Part shown: piece after piece, positions 10,560 through 20,362 of the stretch
Numbering within the stretch: position 1 is the first letter of the stretch
How the letters are laid out: each line of letters opens with the position of its first letter
Assembly (NCBI GenBank): GCA_019058315.1
Contig: JAHPZH010000003.1
Coordinates: 268,451 to 332,450, forward strand
Reading direction: 5' to 3'
Length of the DNA: 64,000 nucleotides
From: Candidatus Helarchaeota archaeon
Lineage (GTDB): Archaea; Asgardarchaeota; Lokiarchaeia; Helarchaeales; RDOG01
The notes under the pieces: generated by a model
What the model saw: the letters and a program-made list of their open reading frames with translations, nothing else
Databases searched by the model: none
What the model was told of the DNA's origin: nothing
Program-made: the position numbers and the translations under genes

Positions 10560-11336
10560 TTAGTAAATTTCGAAAAAATCCTCTCCACCAGATAAAACTC
10601 TGGAAATTTCAGCATATAATTCTTCTACTCCTTCTCCATTAATTCCTGATACTGGAATTAATTGGTGCATTGTACCTAACTCTGATAATGTTTGAAATAA
10701 CTTTATACTCATTTCCCTTTTTAACCCTTTTGTATTTTTATTTACTGATTCTTCTAATGAGAAATGATCCTCGGACCAAGTCAGAAAATTTTGAAGTTCT
10801 TCGTTCGTTAATAAATCAATTTTAGATAATACTTGAATCTGTGGGATTAAAAATCGATACTGAATATTAGCACCTAAAAGAAGTGTAGATATATAACCTG
10901 ATGGTGTTCTACATAGACTTGGATCCATTAAATAAATTATTACGCTCTTTTCCGGATCTAATGAAGATACGAATAAATTTCCAGAACTTCGAAAAGCAAA
11001 TAATTCGATTTGCCCTGGTGTATCTATGACGACATGGTCTGGACGAAAATCCTCTATTTCATCTTTTATTTCATCAATTCGTGCACATAACATATCAACA
11101 GAAGCGATAAGTGCACCATTTGGACCGAGATTATATTTATTCATAATTTCCTTAATATTAATATAATCACGAGAATCCACATCTGGAGAATAAGGCAAGA
11201 AATTAACCCCAGGATCAAGATTGACTGATATGATGCTTATTTCATCAGTGTTTTCTCGGAACCAATTTATAAAAAAACTTGTTAAAGTCGATTTTCCGCT
11301 ACCAGCTGTTCCAATAAAGTATGAATAGATAGTCAA
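10560..11336 (-). CDS. GPN-loop GTPase
   Basis: GTAGSGKST, NLDPG, LGPNGAL, DTPGQIE and SKID motifs. Confidence 0.95.
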   Translation of the reverse strand: MTIYSYFIGTAGSGKSTLTSFFINWFRENTDEISIISVNLDPGVNFLPYSPDVDSRDYINIKEIMNKYNLGPNGALIASVDMLCARIDEIKDEIEDFRPDHVVIDTPGQIELFAFRSSGNLFVSSLDPEKSVIIYLMDPSLCRTPSGYISTLLLGANIQYRFLIPQIQVLSKIDLLTNEELQNFLTWSEDHFSLEESVNKNTKGLKREMSIKLFQTLSELGTMHQLIPVSGINGEGVEELYAEISRVLSGGEDFFEIY

Positions 11337-12202
11337 ATTTCATCCTCCATATAACACATCCCCCCTTCTTCCTCAATATATTTTCTTAAGAGCTCAATTG
11401 CTCGTTCTACATTTTTAGTAGCAATTTTAGGGGGACCTAGACATGATACATGAAATTCAATAATTATTTTTTTATATGGTGCTTTAACTAAAGTCTTTAT
11501 CCAAATTTGTGGAGATTTTGTAGTAAATGATACTTGAGAGTTATCTTCCAAATTTACATTAATTTCACTCATAACCTTGTCAACTACATGAGTGATTTCA
11601 GATTCAATAAATCCTGTTGAGAAAATGCTATTTTCAACAAAGGATACATCCCCGATTTTCTTTTGGATTAGTTTGGTAACTGTTCTACGAAAGATACTTT
11701 TTAATTCAGCTGGTACGCCAGGCAGACAGATAATTTGGGTAACTCCATAATCGATTTTAGCGCCAGGTGCTGCCCCAACTGGATTATATAAAATTCTTGA
11801 GGTTTCTGGGACGAATGCCATTTTTCTTCGATATTTATTTAAGTTACCGTCTTTAATTATGCCCGCTTGTTGAGCAAAACCATATTTTTCTTCAATATAT
11901 TTTAATGCTTCAGAATTTAATTTTAAAGGAATACCTAATGCATCGGATACTGCTTGATATGTCATATCATCGAATGTAGATCCTAGACCACCTGAAGTTA
12001 TTATAAAATCGGGTTTTCGAGTTAAAGACTCTTTGATAGCATTAGCGATTATTTTTAATTCATCTGGAACTATAATCATCCTTGTAATTTTACCCCCTAA
12101 CTTTGTAATTCGTTTTCCTAACCATTTTGAATTAGTGTTTAATATTTTTCCGTTAATTAATTCATTACCCGTAAAAATTAATTCAAAATTAGTTCGTTTC
12201 AC
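11333..12202 (-). CDS. CinA-like molybdopterin-binding domain protein
   Basis: GNELINGKILNTN, TSGGLGSTFDDMT, NPVGAAPG and LPGVPAE. Confidence 0.9.
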   Translation of the reverse strand: MKRTNFELIFTGNELINGKILNTNSKWLGKRITKLGGKITRMIIVPDELKIIANAIKESLTRKPDFIITSGGLGSTFDDMTYQAVSDALGIPLKLNSEALKYIEEKYGFAQQAGIIKDGNLNKYRRKMAFVPETSRILYNPVGAAPGAKIDYGVTQIICLPGVPAELKSIFRRTVTKLIQKKIGDVSFVENSIFSTGFIESEITHVVDKVMSEINVNLEDNSQVSFTTKSPQIWIKTLVKAPYKKIIIEFHVSCLGPPKIATKNVERAIELLRKYIEEEGGMCYMEDEI

Positions 12203-12271
12203 TGCTCACTTCTCTTCTTAATAAAAAAAGAACTATAAAAAAAGAAATTAAGATAAAAATATGTAAATTGC

Positions 12272-15133
12272 TTATTTTCTTTTCCTTAATTCCGCAGCTG
12301 TTGCTTTAAATCCTTCGGCTATTTCTTTTTCGCCTAATTCCATTGATAATTGAGAAGCTTCTTCGTAATATTTCGCAGCCACTTGATAATTTCCGTCTGC
12401 TGAAGCTGCTTCGGCTTCAATGATCGCTTTTCTACGAGCTTCCTCCAGATCTGTCCTCTTACCTTCAAGCTCAGCCTTTTTGGCTAACTTATCTGCCTCA
12501 GTTTTGAAGGCTTTACTCCTATCATCTTCTCCCATTTCCTTTGCGTATTTAGCAGCAATATTATAATATTTGCTAGCATCATCCCATCTTTCTTCACCTT
12601 TAGCAACTTCTGCTATTTCTAAGGCTTCCTTCAATTGTGTGTTGAATTTTTCAATTCTATCAGCAGCTTGAAGTCGCTGTTTTTCAATTTTAGAACGTTT
12701 TCTTAGATCTGCCTCACGTCTTTTTGACTCTTTAGCCTTATTGGAATAATCTCTTGCTTTCTCCTTTTCACCAATTTCTAGAGATAATTGGCTTGCTAAT
12801 TTGTAATGTCGTGACGCATCAAGAAGACGTCCATCATCTTCAGCCTGTGCAGCCTCGTCCAAGATTTTCTTTCTCTCCGCTTCTAAAGTAGACCTACGAG
12901 ATGCCATTTCTTTTCTCATTTTTTCCTCTAATTCTTTACGATGTTCAATTTTTAATTTTTTCTTCAACTCAGCAGTTTTACCTTTTAATGCATGTGCACG
13001 TACTGCATACTCAGCTGCTCGATCTTCATCTGCCAACTCAACACTTATCAATGCAGCTTTTTGCCAAAGACGTGATGCTTCCGTGAATCGACCGCTTTTA
13101 TAAGCTTTTTCAGCATGAGTAACAATAGCTCTCCGAACTATTCTTTTCCTTTCTTTGGTTTTTCTTTTCTTTACACCTTCAAATCTTATCCGCTTGAAAC
13201 CGTAATATGGAATTAGAATCGCTGTAAGCATAGCTCCAGGTAGATAAATAACTAATAGTATAACTGGGGCAGTCAATAGATTAATGACACTATACAGAAT
13301 TCCCACTAAATCATTTTTATTTAAAAAATTGTTCCATAAGAATAGGATTTGTTCATTTTCAGATAATTCGTTAAATAATACTAACGTTTCGATGTTATCT
13401 AGCATTGTGCCAGCACGAACAGTATTCATAAAACCTTTGATCCATTCAAATAATCCTATAGTTTTAAAAGGGTTCAATAATAGGAATACAAATAATAATA
13501 ACGCAATTACTCCACCAGCTAGAAAAAGTGCAGTGTAGTTGTAAACCTTTTCTAAATCACGCTCGAGAGGTGGTAATTTAAGAATCTTTTCGATTTTTTG
13601 GGTACTTAATTTAGATCCTTTAGTTCTAACTTTGCCCATATATTTTGCCCATGTCGCATGATTGAATCTTCCAGAAGAAAATTTCATTAGATTTTCACTT
13701 GTTCCTTCAATCCTCATATTACTCTTAGCAGCTTCACCACGTGTTATAGTTGCTTCCCCCTCTTTGAAAGTAATAGTACAACTTCCAATATCCCAAACTT
13801 TAACCACTGCAGTTAACTCTTCCCAACTAAAGACTTCAGAAGCAATTTCTGGCTCCATTAAACGTAATGTAATCACTGCTCTTAACGCTTTTGCAACCCT
13901 GTCTAACAATTCATCTCGTTTTTCTTTTTCCTTTGTCCTACATTCATCAGCCCTTAAAGTGAATTCTTTAGCTCTATCTGTCTCTCCTGCGTCTTTAGAG
14001 AGTTCAGCACATCTCAGGAATACACTTGATGCATCAAGATACTCCTCCTTTTCTAAATATGCATCTGCCTTCTTTAAAAGGATCCCTCTTTTCTTTCTTA
14101 TTTTTACTCGACGTTTTTCTTCACGAAACTCTTTTCGTAATTCTGGCTCTTTTTCGCGAATATCGCGAGCTTGTGCCGTAAAACCAGTTGCAACTTGCTT
14201 TTCACCGAGATCTAAGCTGAATTTAGCGGCGTCTTCATAGGATTTTGCAGCTTTTGAAAATTTTCCTTTTTCCAAAGCAGTCTCAGCAATTGTTAAGGAT
14301 TTAGCACGTTTATCCTCTAATTCAATTCTTAAACGCTCCATTTCAGCTCTAGCACGTTCTTCTTCTTCACGGCGACGAATATCCTCGTAGATTTCACGCA
14401 TTTCCTTAGAACGTTCTAAGAAAATTTCTGCCCTTTCTTCTTGTGCCATTACTGAAGACATTGCGGAAGCTTGTTCATATAATTCACTTGCAGTTAAATA
14501 ATCTTCTCTAGCCACAGCTTCTTCTGCTCTTCTAAGAAGATCACGTCTTTGAATTTCAAGAGTTTTTACTTTTTTCTCGAATTCAAATCGACGACTAAGC
14601 TCCGCCTTTTTCTCAGATGTTTCTTTTGCTCTGGCTCTATATTCATCAGCGACTTCTGATTCCCCAAGTTCAGTACTTATTTGTGCAATCTTTTTGAAGT
14701 TCTCTACCGCAGCATCGAATCGACCCTGTGCCATATCTACTTCGGCTTGTTCCATAAGAGAGTCTCTTTGGGCATCTAGTTCCTCCTTTCTCTTTTCTAA
14801 TTCGGCTGCCTTTACAGTTGCGGTTTCCTTTTGTCGAAGTTCTTTAGTTTTATCTTCAAAAATGCGGACACGATCTTTTTCTCCTAAGTCTTCACTGATT
14901 CTGGTTAATTGTGTATAAATTCGGATAGCCTCAGAGTAGTTTTCGTTAGTTTCATGTTCTTCTGCCTCTTTTACTAACCTTTTTCGCGTCTCTTCAAGTT
15001 CTTTTCTCTTTTCTTCGAGTTCTTTTCGCTTTTCCTCTTCAGTTTTTTCTTTCTCGGGTTCTTTTTCTTTTATTTCTTTAGGTTCGGGTTCAGATTCTTC
15101 ATTTTCTGGTTTTTCCTCTCCGGAATCGCTCAT
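12272..15133 (-). CDS. Membrane protein with nine helical (MIT/TPR/SNAP-like) repeats, an SCP2-like domain and central TM helices
   Basis: Repeated A...Y..AA.LS.ELGE.E.A motif. The segment CTITFKEGEATITRGEAAKSNMRIEGTSENLMKFSSG...GKVRTKG is SCP2-like. Hydrophobic stretches LFLAGGVIALLLFVFLLL and LVGILYSVINLLTAPVILLVIYLPGAMLTAILIP. Confidence 0.7.
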   Translation of the reverse strand: MSDSGEEKPENEESEPEPKEIKEKEPEKEKTEEEKRKELEEKRKELEETRKRLVKEAEEHETNENYSEAIRIYTQLTRISEDLGEKDRVRIFEDKTKELRQKETATVKAAELEKRKEELDAQRDSLMEQAEVDMAQGRFDAAVENFKKIAQISTELGESEVADEYRARAKETSEKKAELSRRFEFEKKVKTLEIQRRDLLRRAEEAVAREDYLTASELYEQASAMSSVMAQEERAEIFLERSKEMREIYEDIRRREEEERARAEMERLRIELEDKRAKSLTIAETALEKGKFSKAAKSYEDAAKFSLDLGEKQVATGFTAQARDIREKEPELRKEFREEKRRVKIRKKRGILLKKADAYLEKEEYLDASSVFLRCAELSKDAGETDRAKEFTLRADECRTKEKEKRDELLDRVAKALRAVITLRLMEPEIASEVFSWEELTAVVKVWDIGSCTITFKEGEATITRGEAAKSNMRIEGTSENLMKFSSGRFNHATWAKYMGKVRTKGSKLSTQKIEKILKLPPLERDLEKVYNYTALFLAGGVIALLLFVFLLLNPFKTIGLFEWIKGFMNTVRAGTMLDNIETLVLFNELSENEQILFLWNNFLNKNDLVGILYSVINLLTAPVILLVIYLPGAMLTAILIPYYGFKRIRFEGVKKRKTKERKRIVRRAIVTHAEKAYKSGRFTEASRLWQKAALISVELADEDRAAEYAVRAHALKGKTAELKKKLKIEHRKELEEKMRKEMASRRSTLEAERKKILDEAAQAEDDGRLLDASRHYKLASQLSLEIGEKEKARDYSNKAKESKRREADLRKRSKIEKQRLQAADRIEKFNTQLKEALEIAEVAKGEERWDDASKYYNIAAKYAKEMGEDDRSKAFKTEADKLAKKAELEGKRTDLEEARRKAIIEAEAASADGNYQVAAKYYEEASQLSMELGEKEIAEGFKATAAELRKRK

Positions 15134-15397
15134 ATTTAAAGTCCACCATGATAATTTATAAAAATAATGGTTTAATCTTCAAAAAATCTACAATTTTAAA
15201 TTAAATTTCATTATGTATTTAACTATTTTTATTTTAAAAAATATGAATTTCTTATTATTAGTTCATTGAATTTTAAATTACATTTAAAAAATCTTTCTAA
15301 AGAGAATAAAAAGAACTTTTATGGTTAGATTAGTATTATTTTTTCTGATTTATAAGGGAATTTCGAATAAATTTCAAAGATTTTTTTATAGGACTTT

Positions 15398-17005
15398 TTA
15401 AGGGTTTTCTTTAATCTTATTAAGTCCACTTTTAGAATATAGAATTCCATCAATGCTTAGAATCGAATTTACAAATTCTGTGGCGTATTTTAAAACAGAT
15501 ATTTTATTAAATAGGGGTTCAACAATATCGTAATCAATTGTATTACCTAAAATCAGAGTCGTCGAGTTTATCCCCTCCCAGCATTTGCCTTGAGAGTGTT
15601 GGTATCGCAACTCTGCCAGCGTATCGATTGGATCTAACCCAGAATTCTTTGCTAAAATATTAGGAATTATTTCTAAAGCGTCTCCATATTCTTTTACTGC
15701 TAATTGTTCTTTTCCTTTTATAGTTTCAGCGAAACTATTAATTGTCTTTGCAATTTCCATCTCAATTGATCCGCCACCACCAACAATTCCTTGAAATTTT
15801 TTATTAAAGACTTGAGTAACAGATAGAATAGCGTTTTTTAATAAACGTTCAACCTCTTCACACACATACCAAGAACCCCCTCTAATCAATATACAAATAG
15901 ATTTGGGATGTTTACACCCTTCTACAGATACAAATTTTTTATTTCCAATTATTTTTTCTTGAATAACTTCAGCATAACCGAGATCTTTTGAAGTTAGATC
16001 TATCACATTACCAATTATATTTGCCCCACAAGCTTTACTTAGCATTTTAAATTGTTCTGGTTTTGCCCTCCGGATTCCCAAAATACCTTGCTCAATTAGT
16101 TTAGATATTAATATTTTATCAATCCCTTTTTCTGTAATAACCACATTAGCTCCAGAATTAGCAATTATATTGAATTTCTTTAATAATAACTTATTTTGTG
16201 CAAAATTTAATTCGGATAGAGAATCAGGGGCCATAATATTTATTTCTAGCTTTAATTTTTCTTCAGTTGGTTTTTCAAAATATAATTTTTCATTAATTAA
16301 AGCAATTCTTGCATTTTTTACGAATTTTGGCATTTTTGGATTTAAAATTTCCTTTGATATTAAAACTCCATTAATTAATTTTGAATCTAATATTCCTCCA
16401 CCTTCAACCTTTTCAAATTGTATATTATCATCAATATTAATTTCAAAATAATTAGATTTCTCAACAATAATATTTTGCACTGCCTGAACCGCAATATCAG
16501 ATAAATAATCACTTACTTTATCCGAAAACTTACCATTCAATGCATTTATAGCAATTTTTTTTAATCTATTTCCATCAATTCCATCAAATGGAATAGCTAT
16601 ATCATTTAATGTTTTTATAGATTTTTCAAGAGCTAGATTATAACCAGAAATTATTTGTCTACAATGAATATTTTTTTTGATTAATTTTAATCCTCGCTTT
16701 AGCAGTTCGCCAATAATTATGAGAGTTGTTTTTAATCCATCTCCTACATTATTTACAAATGATTTTCCCAATTGAATTAGAGCATCTGCCGCTGGATGAG
16801 AAACTCCAAGATCTTTTATTATTGTCAGTCCATCATTTGATATAATTACGGTACCATATTTTTCAATAATCATTTTTCGCATTCCAAGTGGACCAAGAGA
16901 AGATTTCACGAGTTCAGTTATAGCAAGAATTGCATCGATTACACTATTTTGAGCATCTTCACCGTATTTAATTATTAAATCACTGAAAATATGCTGTCTA
17001 TCCAT
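15398..17005 (-). CDS. Divergent group II chaperonin (thermosome/TCP-1 family)
   Basis: SSLGPLG, ISNDG, HPAA, GDGLKT, ILIRGG, GGGSIEME and NSGLDPID follow the TCP-1 layout. Confidence 0.9.
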   Translation of the reverse strand: MDRQHIFSDLIIKYGEDAQNSVIDAILAITELVKSSLGPLGMRKMIIEKYGTVIISNDGLTIIKDLGVSHPAADALIQLGKSFVNNVGDGLKTTLIIIGELLKRGLKLIKKNIHCRQIISGYNLALEKSIKTLNDIAIPFDGIDGNRLKKIAINALNGKFSDKVSDYLSDIAVQAVQNIIVEKSNYFEINIDDNIQFEKVEGGGILDSKLINGVLISKEILNPKMPKFVKNARIALINEKLYFEKPTEEKLKLEINIMAPDSLSELNFAQNKLLLKKFNIIANSGANVVITEKGIDKILISKLIEQGILGIRRAKPEQFKMLSKACGANIIGNVIDLTSKDLGYAEVIQEKIIGNKKFVSVEGCKHPKSICILIRGGSWYVCEEVERLLKNAILSVTQVFNKKFQGIVGGGGSIEMEIAKTINSFAETIKGKEQLAVKEYGDALEIIPNILAKNSGLDPIDTLAELRYQHSQGKCWEGINSTTLILGNTIDYDIVEPLFNKISVLKYATEFVNSILSIDGILYSKSGLNKIKENP

Positions 17006-17172
17006 TTTAAAATACCAAATTATTCAAAATATCAGAATTAATCAATTTTTCATAAAATTAATAAAATCACTTAAAAAATAATAATTAATCTCTAATGGAT
17101 TCTAATAACGGAATCCTATTTAAAATTAAGAAAAAAATATATAATAAAGAGATTTTTATAAGGTGAAATGTT

Positions 17173-17943
17173 ATGGATATGTTTTTAAAAGGTAAAGTTG
17201 CATTTGTAACAGGGGGCGCATCTGGAATTGGAAGACAATGTTGCCTCCAATTTGCAGAAGAAGGAGCAAATGTTGTTATCGCAGATAAGCAATATGACAA
17301 AGCAAAAGAAGTTGCTGAGGAATGTAAAAAATTAGGAGTTGAAGCAATAGCTCCTCCTTGTGACGTTAGAAAATTAGATGAAGCATCAGCTGCGGTAAAG
17401 GCAGCCATAGATAAATTTGGTAAAATTGACATTTTTGTCGCTTGTGCAGGGGTCTTACAAGATGCAATGGTTCATAAAATGAGTGAAGAACAGTGGGATG
17501 AAGTACTTAATGTTCATTTAAAGGGCCATTGGTGGCTGGCTCACGAAATAGTTCCACATATGAAAGCAGCTAAATATGGAAGGATAGTTTTCATTGCTTC
17601 AACAGCTCTTAGAGGTACAAGAGGGCAAGCAAATTACGCTTCAGCAAAAGCAGCCATGATCGGCCTAGTAAAAACCTTAGCTTATGAATTAGGTTACTTA
17701 GGAATTACTGCAAATATTATTGGTCCAGGACTTGTTCATACTCCCTTAACAGATGCATTCATTAAAAATGAAAAAGCTAGTAAACCTATGATTGATTCAA
17801 TTCTATTAAAAAGACGAGAAGATATTGGACCACATTTCGCGGTTACGCAAGATATTGCAAATGCAGTTATATTTTTCTCATCTGATCGTGCGTCCTACAT
17901 AACTGGAGAAATATTATTAGTTGCTGGCGGAAGAATGATTTAA
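17173..17943 (+). CDS. Short-chain dehydrogenase/reductase, FabG-like 3-oxoacyl reductase
   Basis: TGGASGIG Rossmann motif and GQANYASAK catalytic YxxxK. Confidence 0.9.
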   Translation: MDMFLKGKVAFVTGGASGIGRQCCLQFAEEGANVVIADKQYDKAKEVAEECKKLGVEAIAPPCDVRKLDEASAAVKAAIDKFGKIDIFVACAGVLQDAMVHKMSEEQWDEVLNVHLKGHWWLAHEIVPHMKAAKYGRIVFIASTALRGTRGQANYASAKAAMIGLVKTLAYELGYLGITANIIGPGLVHTPLTDAFIKNEKASKPMIDSILLKRREDIGPHFAVTQDIANAVIFFSSDRASYITGEILLVAGGRMI

Positions 17944-18054
17944 AAATACTTTCCAACCTCTTTTTTTAATTTTCTGATAGAAAAAACTATAATTTAATTA
18001 CGATTTTTTAACTTATATTAAAATTAAAATAGCTTTTTGATAATTTCTTAGTTC

Positions 18055-18945
18055 ATGGACATTAATCTTCTTATTATATTGATATGTTTTAGTATAATTA
18101 TTGGAATTGATATTGGTTTATTGAGCAATAGTGGCTCTGTCATCCTCATTCCCTTTTTATTCTCATTTTTTGGGTTCACAATGTTAAAAGCAATGGGGAC
18201 AAGTCTGTTTATTGATTTTTTATGTGCAGCAATAGCAGTTACTGTATATTTAATACATAGAAAGGATAATGAGTTAGATTTAAGATTAGGTCTAATTTTA
18301 GGAGGAATAGCATTTTTTATTTCTTTTATAGGAAGTTTTCTTGCATTTACAGTTATTTTTGCGAGTTCTAGTGTTTTCCCAATCTTTTTTGCCCTATTCC
18401 AAATTGCTGTTGGTATTTCTTTAATTAGAAATGCAACAAAATCTAGAGATGTAGATAAACCACGTGTATCTGAAAAAATTATAAACAAAATTGATAACCT
18501 TCCAGAACATGTAAAAGTACTTATTGTAGGTTGTTTTGCGTGTATTGGGGGATTGAATGGAGGTTTTTTCGCAGGACCAGGGGGTTTCTTAATGACAATT
18601 ATCTTAATGATTTTTTTTCGATATGAAATTCATAAAGCGGTAGGGACAGGACTCTTATTTATGACATTTACAGCTCTTGGTCCCTCGATATTTTATTCTA
18701 TAATTGCGCCAATCTTATTTCCTACTACCATCTCATTTTCTTGGAACACATTAATTTCAATACGTATGAATATATATGTAGATTTTAATTTCGTATTAAT
18801 AATTATGTCTTTTGCAATTATAGGCTCCTTATTTAGCTCTATAAAAGCCCAAAAATTGTCAGAAAAAAAATTAAAAATAATATTAGGTGTAATTGTAGTA
18901 ATTTTAAATTCGATTATGTTAATAAAAGCTATTTCGCAACTCTAA
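18055..18945 (+). CDS. TauE/SafE family sulfite/organosulfur exporter
   Basis: About 8 TM segments; KAMGTSL and HKAVGTGL repeats; GPGGF motif. Confidence 0.85.
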   Translation: MDINLLIILICFSIIIGIDIGLLSNSGSVILIPFLFSFFGFTMLKAMGTSLFIDFLCAAIAVTVYLIHRKDNELDLRLGLILGGIAFFISFIGSFLAFTVIFASSSVFPIFFALFQIAVGISLIRNATKSRDVDKPRVSEKIINKIDNLPEHVKVLIVGCFACIGGLNGGFFAGPGGFLMTIILMIFFRYEIHKAVGTGLLFMTFTALGPSIFYSIIAPILFPTTISFSWNTLISIRMNIYVDFNFVLIIMSFAIIGSLFSSIKAQKLSEKKLKIILGVIVVILNSIMLIKAISQL

Positions 18946-18955
18946 GTGATTATTT

Positions 18956-19180
18956 ATGTCTCAAAATGATGAATTCACAATAACTTTACCAAAATCGTTA
19001 GTAAAGAATTTGAGAAGAAATATAAAAAACACAAATTTTACTTCTCTAACTCAATATGTCATCTATTTAATAAGAAAATCACTAATAGATTCAATGGAAG
19101 AATCTGAAGAAGTAGTATATACTGAAGAAGAAGAAGAAATGATTAAAAATCGGTTAAGAGACCTAGGTTATATTGATTAA
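18956..19180 (+). CDS. CopG/ribbon-helix-helix protein with acidic 'RLRDLGY' tail
   Basis: FTITLPKSLVKNL...FTSLTQYVIYLIRK is an RHH pattern; C-terminus EEEEEMIKNRLRDLGYID. Confidence 0.8.
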   Translation: MSQNDEFTITLPKSLVKNLRRNIKNTNFTSLTQYVIYLIRKSLIDSMEESEEVVYTEEEEEMIKNRLRDLGYID

Positions 19181-19204
19181 GTAAGTATTCGTAGGTGAAT
19201 TTTT

Positions 19205-20362
19205 GTGATTCCACCCCATGGTGGACGGTTAATAAATAGAACTTTAAATGAAAGTGAAATTGACAGGATTATATCTCAAATTTCAGAATTTCCTTCATTT
19301 TTCATTGATGAACAATGCGTTAAAGTAATAAAAAACATTTCTTTTGGTGTTTTTAGTCCATTAGAAGGTTTTATGGGAAATAATGATCTAATTAATGTTC
19401 TTCAATCGAGTCGTCTTGAAAATGACTTAGTATGGACCATTCCAATAGTGTTAGACTTTAATAAAGAAGATATTAAAACTCTTAAGGCTGGTGACCAAGT
19501 TATATTATTTAATAAATTTGAAAAAGAGAATATTCCAGTAGCATTATTGACCATTGAGGAAATTTTTAAATTTGATAAAAAAAATTTTGCCCAAAAAGTC
19601 TATTCGACGTTAGATTCTTCTCATCCAGGTGTAAAAAAAGTCAATAATATGAAAGAATATTTAATTGGAGGCAAAATTAACTTTTTAAAAGAAATTCAAT
19701 CCCCATTTCCGAAATATACTCTAGAACCTAAAGAAACAAGAGTATTATTTAAAACTAAAAAATGGCGTTCCATTGTTGGATTTCAGACAAGAAATCCTCC
19801 TCATTTAGGGCACGAATATGTTCAAAAAACAGCTCTGACTTTTGTTGATGGAATATTCATAAACCCAGTAATTGGTCAGAAGAAGCCTGGTGATTTTACA
19901 GATGATGTCATAATGGAAGCATATGAAGCTTTATTAAAGTATTATTATCTACGAGAAAACGCCGTTTTAAGTATATTTGAAACCGAAATGTATTACGCCG
20001 GACCTAAAGAAGCAATTTATCATGCCATAGCTAGAAAAAATTTTGGGTGTACTCACATTATTATTGGTAGAGATCATGCAGGAGTTGGAAATTTTTATCA
20101 TCCCTATGCAGCCCATGCAATTTTTGATAATTTTCCTGATCTTGGAATTACCCCATTCTTTTTAAAGTCATTTTATAAGTGTAAAAAATGTGGAACAATT
20201 GTAAATGAACGAATTTGCCCTCATAATGAAGAATTTCATATTAATTTTAGTGGAACAGGTATTAGAAATTTACTTTTGAAAGGGGAAAGACCTTCTCCAG
20301 ATATTATGCGTCCAGAAGTAGCAGATATCATTTTAAAAAGTTCTCATCCATTTGTGGAATGA
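19205..20362 (+). CDS. sat: Sulfate adenylyltransferase (ATP sulfurylase)
   Basis: PPHGG, FSPLEGFM, FQTRNPPHLGHE, YAGPKEA, GRDHAGVG and the Zn site CKKC...CPH. Confidence 0.97.
   Translation: MIPPHGGRLINRTLNESEIDRIISQISEFPSFFIDEQCVKVIKNISFGVFSPLEGFMGNNDLINVLQSSRLENDLVWTIPIVLDFNKEDIKTLKAGDQVILFNKFEKENIPVALLTIEEIFKFDKKNFAQKVYSTLDSSHPGVKKVNNMKEYLIGGKINFLKEIQSPFPKYTLEPKETRVLFKTKKWRSIVGFQTRNPPHLGHEYVQKTALTFVDGIFINPVIGQKKPGDFTDDVIMEAYEALLKYYYLRENAVLSIFETEMYYAGPKEAIYHAIARKNFGCTHIIIGRDHAGVGNFYHPYAAHAIFDNFPDLGITPFFLKSFYKCKKCGTIVNERICPHNEEFHINFSGTGIRNLLLKGERPSPDIMRPEVADIILKSSHPFVE

Noticed and set aside
12901-14918. Plus-strand ORFs up to 192 aa (e.g. 13662-14240)
   Set aside because: Antisense shadows of the 953-aa gene; Ser/Phe/Leu-rich composition typical of reverse-complemented Glu/Lys/Arg codons.
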